In this document: positions 36,625 through 46,078 of the stretch, piece by piece
Layout of the letters: each line of letters opens with the position of its first letter
Numbering within the stretch: position 1 is the first letter of the stretch
Source: Gemmatimonadota bacterium
GTDB lineage: Bacteria > Gemmatimonadota > Gemmatimonadetes > Gemmatimonadales > GWC2-71-9
Assembly (NCBI GenBank): GCA_003223395.1
Contig: QHUZ01000052.1
Span: 24,953 to 88,952, forward strand
DNA length: 64,000 nt
Direction: 5' to 3'
Notes under the pieces: model-generated
Told to the model about the DNA's origin: nothing
Database searches by the model: none
What the model saw: only the letters and a program-made list of their open reading frames with translations
Program-made: the position numbers and the translations under genes

Positions 36625-38228
36625 CGTGGCGCGTCGTCGTCGCCGATCGGGTGGCGAAAAGCGGTCTCGACCTGCTGTCCAATACATCTGACATCGAAGT
36701 CGTGGACGTCGCGGGCAAGCCGGCGGAGCTGGATAAGGCGATCGCGGGCGCGCACGCGCTGATCGTGCGCAGCGAAACGCGCGTGACGGCGCCGCTGATG
36801 GCCCGCGCGCCGAACCTGCGCGTCGTCGCGCGCGCAGGCACCGGCGTTGACACGATCGATGTCCCGGCCGCGACGCGCCGGGGCATTGCGGTCATGAATA
36901 CTCCCGGCGCCAACACCGTCAGCGCCGGCGAGCACGCGATGGGTCTCCTGCTCGCGCTGGTCCGGCGCATATCGGACGCCGCAGCCGCCATGCGGCGCGG
37001 GGAATGGGACCGCAAGCGCTTCGAAGGGACCGAGCTGCGCGGCAAGACGATCGGCGTCGTGGGCCTGGGGCGGATCGGCGGCCACGTCGCCCAGCTGGCG
37101 CGCGCGTTCGGCATGCAGGTGGTCGGTCACGATCCGTACTTGCCGCCCGAGCGCGCCAGCGAAATGCACGTCCGCCTGCTCCCGATCGATCAGCTGCTCC
37201 GCGCGGCTGACGTCGTCACCCTGCATGTCGCGCTGACCGACCAGACGCACCATCTCATCGACGCGAACCGCCTCAAGCTGATGAAGCCGACCGCCGTGCT
37301 GATCAACACGGCGCGCGGGGAGCTGGTGGACGAAGCGGCACTGGCGGACGCGATCAAGGAAAAGCGCATCGGCGGCGCGGCCATCGACGTGTTCGCGGTC
37401 GAGCCGCTGCCCGCGGACTCGCCGCTCCGGTCGCTCGATCGCGTGATCCTGACGCCGCACCTCGCCGCCTCGACCGCCGAGGCCCAGGAGCGCGTGGCGA
37501 TGGAGATCTGCAGCGCCGTCCGGGAGGCACTGGTCGCGGGCGACCTCTCGTTCGCGATCAACGTGCCCGGGATGGGCGGAGACCTGCTGCGCCGGTTGGC
37601 GCCGCTCCTCGATCTGGCCCGCCGCCTCGGCCGCCTGGCGCTGGCCCTGGCGGATGGAACCGTGAAAGCGGTCGAAGTCGCCTACGGCGGCAAGGAAGAG
37701 GCGGCGCAGCGGCCGGTGCTCGTTTCCGCGCTGGAGGGGCTCCTTGCAGCGATGAACGCCGGCCCCGTGAGCCTGGTGAATGCGCAGGTGCTGGCCGAAG
37801 AGAAGGGCATCAAGCTCGGCACGAAGACGGGTGCGCCGGAGGCGGGCTTCGAGACGTCAATCGGTGTGAAGGTTGACACCGCCCGGGGACGCGTGCGCGT
37901 CACCGGAGCGCTCATCGGCGGCAGCCACGGCCGTGTCATCCGGATCGACGACTATCACGTTGACGTCGCTCCCGATGGCTGGATGCTGGTGATCCGTAAC
38001 CGCGACGTGCCGGGCGTGATCGGCCGAGTCGGCTCGGCGCTCGGGAGCGCCGGCATCAACATCGCGAGCTACCATCAAGCCCGCCGCTCGTCCCCGACCG
38101 CCGACGGTGGACCCGCGGACGCGCTTGCCGCGATCAACGTCGATCAGGCGCTGACCAACGGCGTGCTCGACAAGCTGCAGGGATTGCCGGATGTGCTAGA
38201 CGTCCGGCTGGCGAACTTCGGAGATTAG
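36621..38228 (+). CDS. serA: D-3-phosphoglycerate dehydrogenase (ASB plus ACT domains)
   Basis: RAGTGVD, GLGRIG, NTARG, TPHLAAST, C-terminal NRDVPGVIG ACT domain. Confidence 0.93.
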   Translation: MTWRVVVADRVAKSGLDLLSNTSDIEVVDVAGKPAELDKAIAGAHALIVRSETRVTAPLMARAPNLRVVARAGTGVDTIDVPAATRRGIAVMNTPGANTVSAGEHAMGLLLALVRRISDAAAAMRRGEWDRKRFEGTELRGKTIGVVGLGRIGGHVAQLARAFGMQVVGHDPYLPPERASEMHVRLLPIDQLLRAADVVTLHVALTDQTHHLIDANRLKLMKPTAVLINTARGELVDEAALADAIKEKRIGGAAIDVFAVEPLPADSPLRSLDRVILTPHLAASTAEAQERVAMEICSAVREALVAGDLSFAINVPGMGGDLLRRLAPLLDLARRLGRLALALADGTVKAVEVAYGGKEEAAQRPVLVSALEGLLAAMNAGPVSLVNAQVLAEEKGIKLGTKTGAPEAGFETSIGVKVDTARGRVRVTGALIGGSHGRVIRIDDYHVDVAPDGWMLVIRNRDVPGVIGRVGSALGSAGINIASYHQARRSSPTADGGPADALAAINVDQALTNGVLDKLQGLPDVLDVRLANFGD

Positions 38229-38296
38229 CGGTCCTCAAAGCAGGACCTGCTTTCACCGTACATTCCGCGACGGATCCGTAAATCAAGGAGCAAAGC

Positions 38297-40534
38297 ATGA
38301 GAGTCGTGTTCGGTCTGCTGACGCTGTTCACATCGGTGCTCCCACCGGCTGCGGCGCAGGTCCCGGACAACGTCAACGAGATGCTGCGCCGCATTTACGC
38401 CTCGGCGGATTTCGCGCCGCAGCGCTTCGGACCGGCGCGGTGGATCGAAACCGGTACCGCCTATACCACGGTGGAGAAGTCCGACATCGTGCGCTACGAG
38501 ACCTCCACCGGCACTCGCAGCATCTATGTCTCGGGCAGCCAGCTCACACCGGTCGGCTCAAGCGAAGCCCTCGACATCGATGACTACGGATGGTCGGCCG
38601 ATGGCAACCTGTTGCTGCTTTTCACCAACACTCAGCGCGTGTGGCGGCAGAATACCCGCGGCGACTACTGGGTGCTCAATCGAAAGACCGGCGCGCTGAA
38701 ACAGCTCGGCGGACCGAGCGCCCCGCCGTCCTCGCTCATGTATGCCAAGTTTTCACCCGCCGGCGATCGCGTGGCCTATGTGCGGCAGGGAAACGTCTAC
38801 GTGGAGCGGCTGTCGGACGGCGCAATCACGGCCCTGACGAGCGATGCCGACTCGCTCCACGTGAACGGCATGACCGACTGGGTTTACGAGGAGGAGTTCG
38901 ACCTCCGAGACGCCTTCCGCTGGTCACCCGACGGTTCGAAGATCGCCTATTGGCGGTTCGACATGACGGGCCTCGGCACCTATTTCCTCGTCAACGACAC
39001 CGACTCGCTCTATCCGAAAATCACGCCGATTCAATATCCCAAGGTCGGGACCACGAACTCGGCGGTGCGCGCCGGCGTCGTCGGTGCCGATGGCGGCCCC
39101 ACGACGTGGCTCCAGATCCCTGACGACCCGCGCGAGAACTATCTCCCGCGCATGGAATGGGCGGGACCGAGCGAGCTGATCCTCCAGCGGATGAACCGGC
39201 TGCAGAACACCGACCGCGTCATGCTGGCGGATGCGGCAACGGGAGCGACCCGGACAGTCCTGACCGAGCGCGACACTGCCTGGGTCGACGTCGTGGACGA
39301 AATCGAGTGGCTCGCGAAGGGAACCGAGTTCCTGTGGACGAGTGAACGCGACGGCTGGAGGCACGTCTATCGCGTCAGCCGCGACGGGAAGCGAGTCACG
39401 AACATCACGCCCGGCAACTTCGACGTCGTCGACGTCGCGGCCGTGGACGAGCCTAGTCAGTGGCTCTACTACATCGCCTCTCCCGAAAACGCGACCCAGC
39501 GCTACCTATACCGAACTCGGCTCGATGGAAAACAGTCCGCCGTGCGGGTGTCGCCGGCCAACGCGCCGGGGACGCACTCCTACCGGATCTCCCCCGACGC
39601 CCGCTGGGCCTTTCACACCTACTCACACTTCGACAGCCCCGCGGTGATCGAGTTGGTCCAGTTGCCGTCTCACCGGGTCGTGCGCACCCTCGTCGACAAT
39701 GCCAAACAGCGGGCGGTGGTGGCGCCGTTCATCACGCGTCCCGGTGAATTCTTCAAGCTGCCGGTCTCCGATGGCGTCACCCTCGATGGCTGGATGGTCA
39801 AGCCCGCGCATTTCGACTCGACCAAGGCTTATCCGCTGCTGATGTACGTCTACGGCGAGCCGGCGGGCCAGACTGCCCAGGACTCCTGGGGCGGCGGTCA
39901 CTTGTGGGAACACATGATCGCGGATCAGGGCTACGTGGTGGCCACGGTGGACAATCGCGGTACGCCGTCGCCGCGCGGACGCGCGTGGCGAAAGGTGGTC
40001 TACGGGGCGATCGGCGTCCTGTCGAGCCGGGAGCAAGCGGACGCGGTGCGGGCCCTCACCGGATCGCGCCGCTATCTCGACCCCGCGCGCGTCGCGATCT
40101 GGGGCTGGAGCGGCGGCGGATCGAGCACGCTGCAGGCGATGTTTCGGTACCCCGACGTCTACCAGGTCGGCATGTCCGTGGCGCCCGTCCCGGATGAGCG
40201 TCTCTACGACACGATTTATCAGGAGCGCTACATGGGGCTCCTGGCCAGCCCGGCGGACAGCGCGCGCTACCAGCGTGCCTCTCCGATCAATCAGGCCGAG
40301 GGGCTCAAGGGACGCCTGCTGATCGTGCATGGCTCCGGCGACGACAACGTGCATTACCAGGGCACGGAACGGCTGGTGAACCGCCTGGTCGCGCTCGACA
40401 AGCCATTCGACTTCATGGCATATCCCAATCGCTCGCATTGCATCTGCGAGGGCCGCGGCACGACGCTGCACATTTTCTCGCTGCTCACCCGGTATTTGCT
40501 CGAGCATCTTCCCGCCGGGCCGAGGACGCGTTGA
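38297..40534 (+). CDS. S9 family dipeptidyl peptidase IV
   Basis: DWVYEEE, GWSGGG, HGSGDDNVH. Confidence 0.93.
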   Translation: MRVVFGLLTLFTSVLPPAAAQVPDNVNEMLRRIYASADFAPQRFGPARWIETGTAYTTVEKSDIVRYETSTGTRSIYVSGSQLTPVGSSEALDIDDYGWSADGNLLLLFTNTQRVWRQNTRGDYWVLNRKTGALKQLGGPSAPPSSLMYAKFSPAGDRVAYVRQGNVYVERLSDGAITALTSDADSLHVNGMTDWVYEEEFDLRDAFRWSPDGSKIAYWRFDMTGLGTYFLVNDTDSLYPKITPIQYPKVGTTNSAVRAGVVGADGGPTTWLQIPDDPRENYLPRMEWAGPSELILQRMNRLQNTDRVMLADAATGATRTVLTERDTAWVDVVDEIEWLAKGTEFLWTSERDGWRHVYRVSRDGKRVTNITPGNFDVVDVAAVDEPSQWLYYIASPENATQRYLYRTRLDGKQSAVRVSPANAPGTHSYRISPDARWAFHTYSHFDSPAVIELVQLPSHRVVRTLVDNAKQRAVVAPFITRPGEFFKLPVSDGVTLDGWMVKPAHFDSTKAYPLLMYVYGEPAGQTAQDSWGGGHLWEHMIADQGYVVATVDNRGTPSPRGRAWRKVVYGAIGVLSSREQADAVRALTGSRRYLDPARVAIWGWSGGGSSTLQAMFRYPDVYQVGMSVAPVPDERLYDTIYQERYMGLLASPADSARYQRASPINQAEGLKGRLLIVHGSGDDNVHYQGTERLVNRLVALDKPFDFMAYPNRSHCICEGRGTTLHIFSLLTRYLLEHLPAGPRTR

Positions 40535-41313
40535 CGCTGATCGCAGTGACGCGCGCGGTAAGTCCGACGATCGCCGAGTGCGAGCTGACCCACCTGGCTC
40601 GCGAGCCCATCGACGTCGCCAAAGCCGTGGCTGAGCACGCCGTCTATGAAGAGACGTTGCGGTCGTGCGGCGCGACGATTGTACACGCGCCGGCGGAGCC
40701 GGCATTGCCGGACGCCGTGTTTGTAGAGGACACGGCGCTGGTGTTCGCTGAGACGGCGGTGATGACGAGGCCCGGGGCGCCGGTGCGCCGGCGCGAAGTC
40801 GAGTCTATGGCCAACGTCTTGAGCGCGTACCGGCCACTGTTTGTCATTCAGCCACCCGGCACGCTCGATGGCGGGGATGTGATGGTCGTGGGACAAAAGA
40901 TTTACGTCGGCCTGTCGTCACGCACGAACCACGAGGGGTTTGCCCAGCTCGACACGCACCTCAGCGAGTGGGGCTATGAAGTGATCCCCGTTCCCCTGAC
41001 CGGCTGTCTCCATCTGAAGAGCGCCGTGACGCAGGTGGCGGATAATCTGCTGCTAATCAATGACCGCTGGGTGAGTCCGGAGTGCTTTGGGTCCATGGAG
41101 ATGGTGACTGTTGCGCCAGGCGAACCCGATGCCGCCAATGCCTTGCTGATCGAGGCCGCGGTGATTTACCCGACACACCATCCTGCAACGGCTGAGCGGC
41201 TGGATCGCGCGGGCGTGCGCGTGGTCCCGGTCCCATGCGGAGAGCTCGCCAAGGCCGAAAGTGGTGTGACGTGCTGCAGCGTGGTGTTTGAGGCGGCAGG
41301 TCGCCCTTCATGA
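40531..41313 (+). CDS. dimethylarginine dimethylaminohydrolase (DDAH) family
   Basis: PDAVFVED, LDGGD, HLKS, GVTCCS; TTGA overlap. Confidence 0.88.
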   Translation: MTLIAVTRAVSPTIAECELTHLAREPIDVAKAVAEHAVYEETLRSCGATIVHAPAEPALPDAVFVEDTALVFAETAVMTRPGAPVRRREVESMANVLSAYRPLFVIQPPGTLDGGDVMVVGQKIYVGLSSRTNHEGFAQLDTHLSEWGYEVIPVPLTGCLHLKSAVTQVADNLLLINDRWVSPECFGSMEMVTVAPGEPDAANALLIEAAVIYPTHHPATAERLDRAGVRVVPVPCGELAKAESGVTCCSVVFEAAGRPS

Positions 41314-42215
41314 ATCACTCGTTCCAAGTCGCTCTTGTCTTGGGACTGGTCCACGGACCCACACTCGCTGCCCAGGACCTGCCAGCGGGCAAGCTGCCTG
41401 CCTGCGACACCAATGCCCCGCAGTCCTTCCCGTGCGTGACGCCGTTCGACACGCCACCCGTACTCCTCAATGTGCCCCAGCCGGGCGGCGGCGCGCGCAA
41501 AACGCCGCGCGTGTGGGTGTACGTCACCGAGAGCGGGGTCGTCACAGCCACCCAAATCGCGCGGCCTGCCGGACTCGATTTCGATGTCGCCGCGATCGCT
41601 CTCGGGAAGCAGCTCCGATTCACCCCGGCCTCGCGCGGCGGTCACCCGGTGGGTGTCTGGTTCGTCGTGCCTATCACCACGGAAGCGGCACCGACGCCCT
41701 GTTCTGACATGGCCGTGCCGATCAGCGCCGGATGGGCGAGGTTCGCAGACTCCGAGCACCTCGAGCGGCCGGAGCTGGGGACGCTGTACCGCTATCACGG
41801 CTTCGAGCCCATCGCGGGGCTCACGCTGGATGTGTTCATCTACCCCCAGACCGGGTGGCCGTCCCTCGAAGAACAGGTTCAGGCGTTCCCAAAAGCGTTG
41901 GACCTGATGCAACAACGTGGTGAATTGTCTGCTTACGAGGTGCTGGGCAGGGACGAGGTGAAGGTGAAGGTGCGCAGCGCGCGACTTGGTCGAGAAATCA
42001 CGATCCACGGGTTCGGCGTCCGCGTGAGACTGCGGGAAGGCTCTGGACAGGAATTCAATTCGTACTTCGCGGTGTTTCCTGAGGAGCAAAAGTACATCAA
42101 GTTTCGCGTGACCTACCCGTCCGGCCCGCGCGTGCAAGGCACTATCGACGATTTCGTGAAGCAAGTTCTCGAAGCGCGCGCCGCCGAGCCCGCGCACTGC
42201 GTTAGCCCGTCCTAA
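41310..42215 (+). CDS. secreted protein with TonB C-terminal-like domain plus unknown domain
   Basis: Signal peptide; VYVTESGVV...FDVAA...LRFTPA..GGHPV. Confidence 0.6.
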   Translation: MNHSFQVALVLGLVHGPTLAAQDLPAGKLPACDTNAPQSFPCVTPFDTPPVLLNVPQPGGGARKTPRVWVYVTESGVVTATQIARPAGLDFDVAAIALGKQLRFTPASRGGHPVGVWFVVPITTEAAPTPCSDMAVPISAGWARFADSEHLERPELGTLYRYHGFEPIAGLTLDVFIYPQTGWPSLEEQVQAFPKALDLMQQRGELSAYEVLGRDEVKVKVRSARLGREITIHGFGVRVRLREGSGQEFNSYFAVFPEEQKYIKFRVTYPSGPRVQGTIDDFVKQVLEARAAEPAHCVSPS

Positions 42216-44335
42216 TCCGCCGCCTGCTGTTCGGTTCGCGCCGTCGCTTCATCCGCCAACAATCGGAATGACTTCACGGCGCCGGTGAGCCGGTCGGCCG
42301 CTTCGGCGAGCTGATTCGCCGACGAGGCGATTTCTTCCGTCGACGCGCTTTGTTCTTCGCCCGACGCAGCGAGCTCCTCGGCGGACGCGAGGAGCGTGTC
42401 GGTCTGGCCGGCGATGGTGCCCAGCCGGTTCGCGATCTCTTCGACGAGCGAGCGCAGCTCACCTGCCGACTGCGCAATCTCGCGGCTCCAGGCATCGTTG
42501 GCATCGGCCTCGCTCGCCACGGTCGCCAGGCCCTGAGCCGCGGTCTGCGACGCTTCTCGCACAGCCGCGCCTCCCTCCGCCAGCCGTACGAGCCGGTCGC
42601 GAGTCGCCTGTACGCGCGTCAGCACGCCGCGCACCGTGTCGGCCGTCGCGCCGGCTGCCGCCGCGGCCACCGACGCCAGCTTCCGCACCTCGTCGGCGAC
42701 GACGGCGAATCCGCGTCCCTGCGGCCCGGCACGCGCCGCCTCGATCGCGGCATTGAGCGCGAGCATGTTCGTCTGAGTCGCGACCGCCTTGGTCTGGGCG
42801 ACGAACGTCTGGATCTTTGCCGTCGCCTGTGCCAGCGCCTCGGCTTCCTCGGCGCCTTTCGCGACCTCGTCGGCGAGTTTGGCGAGACGCACCGTGCTCT
42901 GGTCCAGCCCGTCCTTGTGGCGTCGCGCCAGCGCCGCCAAGTCGGTGTTGCGGCGGGCGGCTTCGTCCGCCCCCCCGGCGAGCTTTGCCGCGATCTGGAG
43001 AATCCGCGCCGCGTCGTCCGCGGCGGCGCGCACCAGTTGCGCCTGTTCCCCGGCGCGCCGGGAAAGGTCCTGCGACGTCGAGGCCATCTCCTCGGTCGAC
43101 GCGCTCATCTCTTCGGTCGACGCGGAGATCTCGGTCGCCATCGCTGCCGCTTCGTCGGCGGCGGCGCGGATGGCGCCGACGAGCCGCCGCAGCGCGACCA
43201 CCATCGAATGCACCGATGACATAAGGTCGGCGACTTCGCTGGCCTCGGCACGGTGCGTCGTGACAGTGACGGACAGATCACCTCCGGCGACGCGGCTCGC
43301 AATCGCACCCGCGGCGCGCACCGGGTCAGTGACAAGGCGGCCGAGCCGGTGCGCCAGCCAGAACAAGGCGCCGACGACCACGGCAGCGACGAGCAAAGCG
43401 CCGACCCAGATCGTGACCTGGGTCGTTCGGGCGGCAGCGAACGCCATGCTCGCCGGTTCACGATAGAGCACCCACCACTTTCCCTCATTCGCCGGCACTG
43501 AGACAACGAGCTCGCGCTCACTCCGCGTCGTCGCGATGTGGGCGGTGACCGCTTGAGCCTGGAATGGGATCTTGTCCTTGTCGGGAAGGGCTTGCAGCAG
43601 CAGAGTCGGATCGCGCGAGACGAGCACGGTGCCGTCCCCCGTCACCACCTCGAGATATGCCCCGCGGCCCGCGAGCTCTTCGGTGCCAAGCAGCCTGGTC
43701 AACCGTTCGAGGCTGAACAGCGCCTGCAACACGCCGATCGGCCGATTGTCCCGCGGGCCACGGATGGCGACGTCGAATTCGAGCGCCGTTTCTCTACCGG
43801 TCGAATCCGACTGGGGGTCGCCCTCGTACGCTCCGTCCCGCATCGCGCGTTGCCACCAGACCTCGTCACGCTGCACGAAATCCGGAGCTTGACCCGACAG
43901 CAAGACGTTGAGCCCGTGACTTTCGGTGACGTTCAGTGCCGAGAAGTCCGAGATCGCTGTGTAGGATCGGAGATAGTCCCGCAGCTCGGGGTCACCTCCC
44001 AGCGCCCGCGACGCGTCGAACGTGGCTTCGAGCGTGGGGATCGACAGCCTGTCCAGGCCGCGAGCGCTGGCATCCTGGCCCGCTAGCCGGACCCTCGTGA
44101 CGAGCTGGGGCATGCTCGCCAAGGACGCAACTTCGTGGTGTCTTTCCTTGAGATACTGCGAGACGATCGCCGCGACCCGCGTGGCGACATCGCGGCCACG
44201 CACATCAGCCTGCTGCTCCAGGACGCCACCGACGCGATTGCTGGTGAGCCACGCGACAGACACGACGAGCAGGACGGCCGCGCCGGCCCCTGAAATCAAG
44301 AAGCTTTGGCGGAGTTGCTGTGATTTAATGGCCAT
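42212..44335 (-). CDS. methyl-accepting chemotaxis protein (Cache-HAMP-MA)
   Basis: Two TM helices; [32 protein letters not shown]. Confidence 0.93.
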   Translation of the reverse strand: MAIKSQQLRQSFLISGAGAAVLLVVSVAWLTSNRVGGVLEQQADVRGRDVATRVAAIVSQYLKERHHEVASLASMPQLVTRVRLAGQDASARGLDRLSIPTLEATFDASRALGGDPELRDYLRSYTAISDFSALNVTESHGLNVLLSGQAPDFVQRDEVWWQRAMRDGAYEGDPQSDSTGRETALEFDVAIRGPRDNRPIGVLQALFSLERLTRLLGTEELAGRGAYLEVVTGDGTVLVSRDPTLLLQALPDKDKIPFQAQAVTAHIATTRSERELVVSVPANEGKWWVLYREPASMAFAAARTTQVTIWVGALLVAAVVVGALFWLAHRLGRLVTDPVRAAGAIASRVAGGDLSVTVTTHRAEASEVADLMSSVHSMVVALRRLVGAIRAAADEAAAMATEISASTEEMSASTEEMASTSQDLSRRAGEQAQLVRAAADDAARILQIAAKLAGGADEAARRNTDLAALARRHKDGLDQSTVRLAKLADEVAKGAEEAEALAQATAKIQTFVAQTKAVATQTNMLALNAAIEAARAGPQGRGFAVVADEVRKLASVAAAAAGATADTVRGVLTRVQATRDRLVRLAEGGAAVREASQTAAQGLATVASEADANDAWSREIAQSAGELRSLVEEIANRLGTIAGQTDTLLASAEELAASGEEQSASTEEIASSANQLAEAADRLTGAVKSFRLLADEATARTEQQAAD

Positions 44336-44381
44336 TCGGATGGTTGTGTGCTAAGGTACTGCTCTAACTAGATTTTGCGCA

Positions 44382-46061
44382 ATGAAATCTACAATTCCGA
44401 TCCGGATGGTCGTCGCGTTGCTGATGGTCGCGGCCCCCGCGGCCCCGGCGGCCCCCGCGGCCCCCGCGCTGACCGCGCAAGCGACGCGACCCGTCGAAGT
44501 GCGGCTCGACTCGATCTTCGCTGCGTGGAATTCCGACACGTCGGCTGGTTGTGTGCTCGGAGTCGCGCAAAACGGGAATACGGTCATCGAGCGTGCCTGG
44601 GGAAGAGCGGACATCGAGCGCGGGGTCGCGCTCACGCCCGCGAGCATTCTCGAAGCGGGCTCGGTTTCCAAACAGTTCACAGCGGCCGCCGTGTTGTTGC
44701 TGGCGCGTGACGGGCGACTGACACTCGACGACGAGATTCACCGCTGGCTGCCGGAGTTGCCGGACTACGGGACACCGGTCACGCTGCGCCAGTTGCTGCA
44801 TCACACCTCAGGAATGCGGGACTGGGGCTCCATCGCCGCCATTGAAGGCTGGCCTCGCAATACGCGCGCGCTGGATCACGCGTACGTGTTGGCGATCACG
44901 CGCCGTTTGCGCGAGCTCAACTTCCCGCCCGGCAGCGAATACGACTACAGCAACACCAACTTCAACCTGCTCGCGATGGTCGTGGAGCGCGCCTCCGGCA
45001 AACCGTTCCCCACCTTCACCCGGGAACGGATCTTCGTTCCGCTCGGCATGACCCACAGCAGCTGGCGGGACGACGCCACACGTCTGGTGAAAGGACGCGC
45101 GCTGTCGTATTCGCTGCTCGACGGAGCGTGGCATAGCGAACGCGCAATCGAAAGCATCTATGGCAACTGCTGTTTGCTGACGACGGTCGGCGATCTGCTG
45201 AAATGGAACGCCGCGTTCGACAGCACGCGCCTCGGCGGTGCCGGATTCCGCGAGGAACAGGAGCGACAGGGCGTGCTCACGAACGGCCGGCGGATCAGCT
45301 ACGCGGCGGGGTTGTTCGTCACCGACTATCGCGGTGAGCCCGTCGTCATGCACGACGGCGCGACCGCCGGCTATCGCGCATTTCTCGCGCGCTTCCCGCG
45401 CGCGCGACTTGCCGTCGCAATGCTGTGTAACGCGGGGAATGTCGACCCTTCCGACCTGGGGTATGCCGCGGCCGCGCAGTTTCTTCCGCCAGCCGCTCCG
45501 GCAGCGCCCGCAGTAGCCCCGACGCGTCGGACGGTCCCACCGGCAGCCATCGCCGATAAGGCGGGACTGTACCGCAACCTTCGTAGCATGGTCCCTCAGC
45601 GCTTCGCGGTGACCAACGGCAAACTGATGATGGAGTCAGGGATCGAACTTGTCCCGCAAAGCCCCACAGTCTTCGTTGCGGCTGCCGGCGGCAATCGTGT
45701 CCTCTTTGATCGTCGGACTGATGGGCACTACGACTTGCGCGTTGCGACACCCACCGCGGACACCGTGCAGGCCGGCTGGGTCGATGCGCCGGACACGAAC
45801 CGGCAGGCCCTCGCCGGATTCGTCGGCTCATACTCCAGCGATGAAGCCAATACGACTGTCGAAGTGCGAGCGGACTCGACGGGCGGCTGTCTGATCCTGC
45901 ACCGCGAACCCGATCTCCACCTGGCGCTGCGACCTGCCTACCGCGATGGCTTCAGAGGTGCGGGCGGGATGTTTGTCTTCGTCCGCAATGCCGCGGGACA
46001 AGTCACCGAGATGCGATACACGACTGATCGAGTCCGCAACCTGCGTTTCGTGCGCCAATAA
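44382..46061 (+). CDS. beta-lactamase-related serine hydrolase
   Basis: GSVSKQF (SxxK), LLHHTSG, YSN, HDG. Confidence 0.9.
   Translation: MKSTIPIRMVVALLMVAAPAAPAAPAAPALTAQATRPVEVRLDSIFAAWNSDTSAGCVLGVAQNGNTVIERAWGRADIERGVALTPASILEAGSVSKQFTAAAVLLLARDGRLTLDDEIHRWLPELPDYGTPVTLRQLLHHTSGMRDWGSIAAIEGWPRNTRALDHAYVLAITRRLRELNFPPGSEYDYSNTNFNLLAMVVERASGKPFPTFTRERIFVPLGMTHSSWRDDATRLVKGRALSYSLLDGAWHSERAIESIYGNCCLLTTVGDLLKWNAAFDSTRLGGAGFREEQERQGVLTNGRRISYAAGLFVTDYRGEPVVMHDGATAGYRAFLARFPRARLAVAMLCNAGNVDPSDLGYAAAAQFLPPAAPAAPAVAPTRRTVPPAAIADKAGLYRNLRSMVPQRFAVTNGKLMMESGIELVPQSPTVFVAAAGGNRVLFDRRTDGHYDLRVATPTADTVQAGWVDAPDTNRQALAGFVGSYSSDEANTTVEVRADSTGGCLILHREPDLHLALRPAYRDGFRGAGGMFVFVRNAAGQVTEMRYTTDRVRNLRFVRQ
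44430..44465 (+). repeat. 4 x 9-bp tandem array in signal peptide
   Basis: gcggccccc gcggccccg gcggccccc gcggccccc = (AAP)4. Confidence 0.7.
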
Positions 46062-46078
46062 GCTTAGTTTTCGGCGTC

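Noticed and set aside
38238-38254. Short hairpin aaagcagg-a-cctgcttt after serA
   Set aside because: Single short stem; at most a weak terminator, with no second copy seen.
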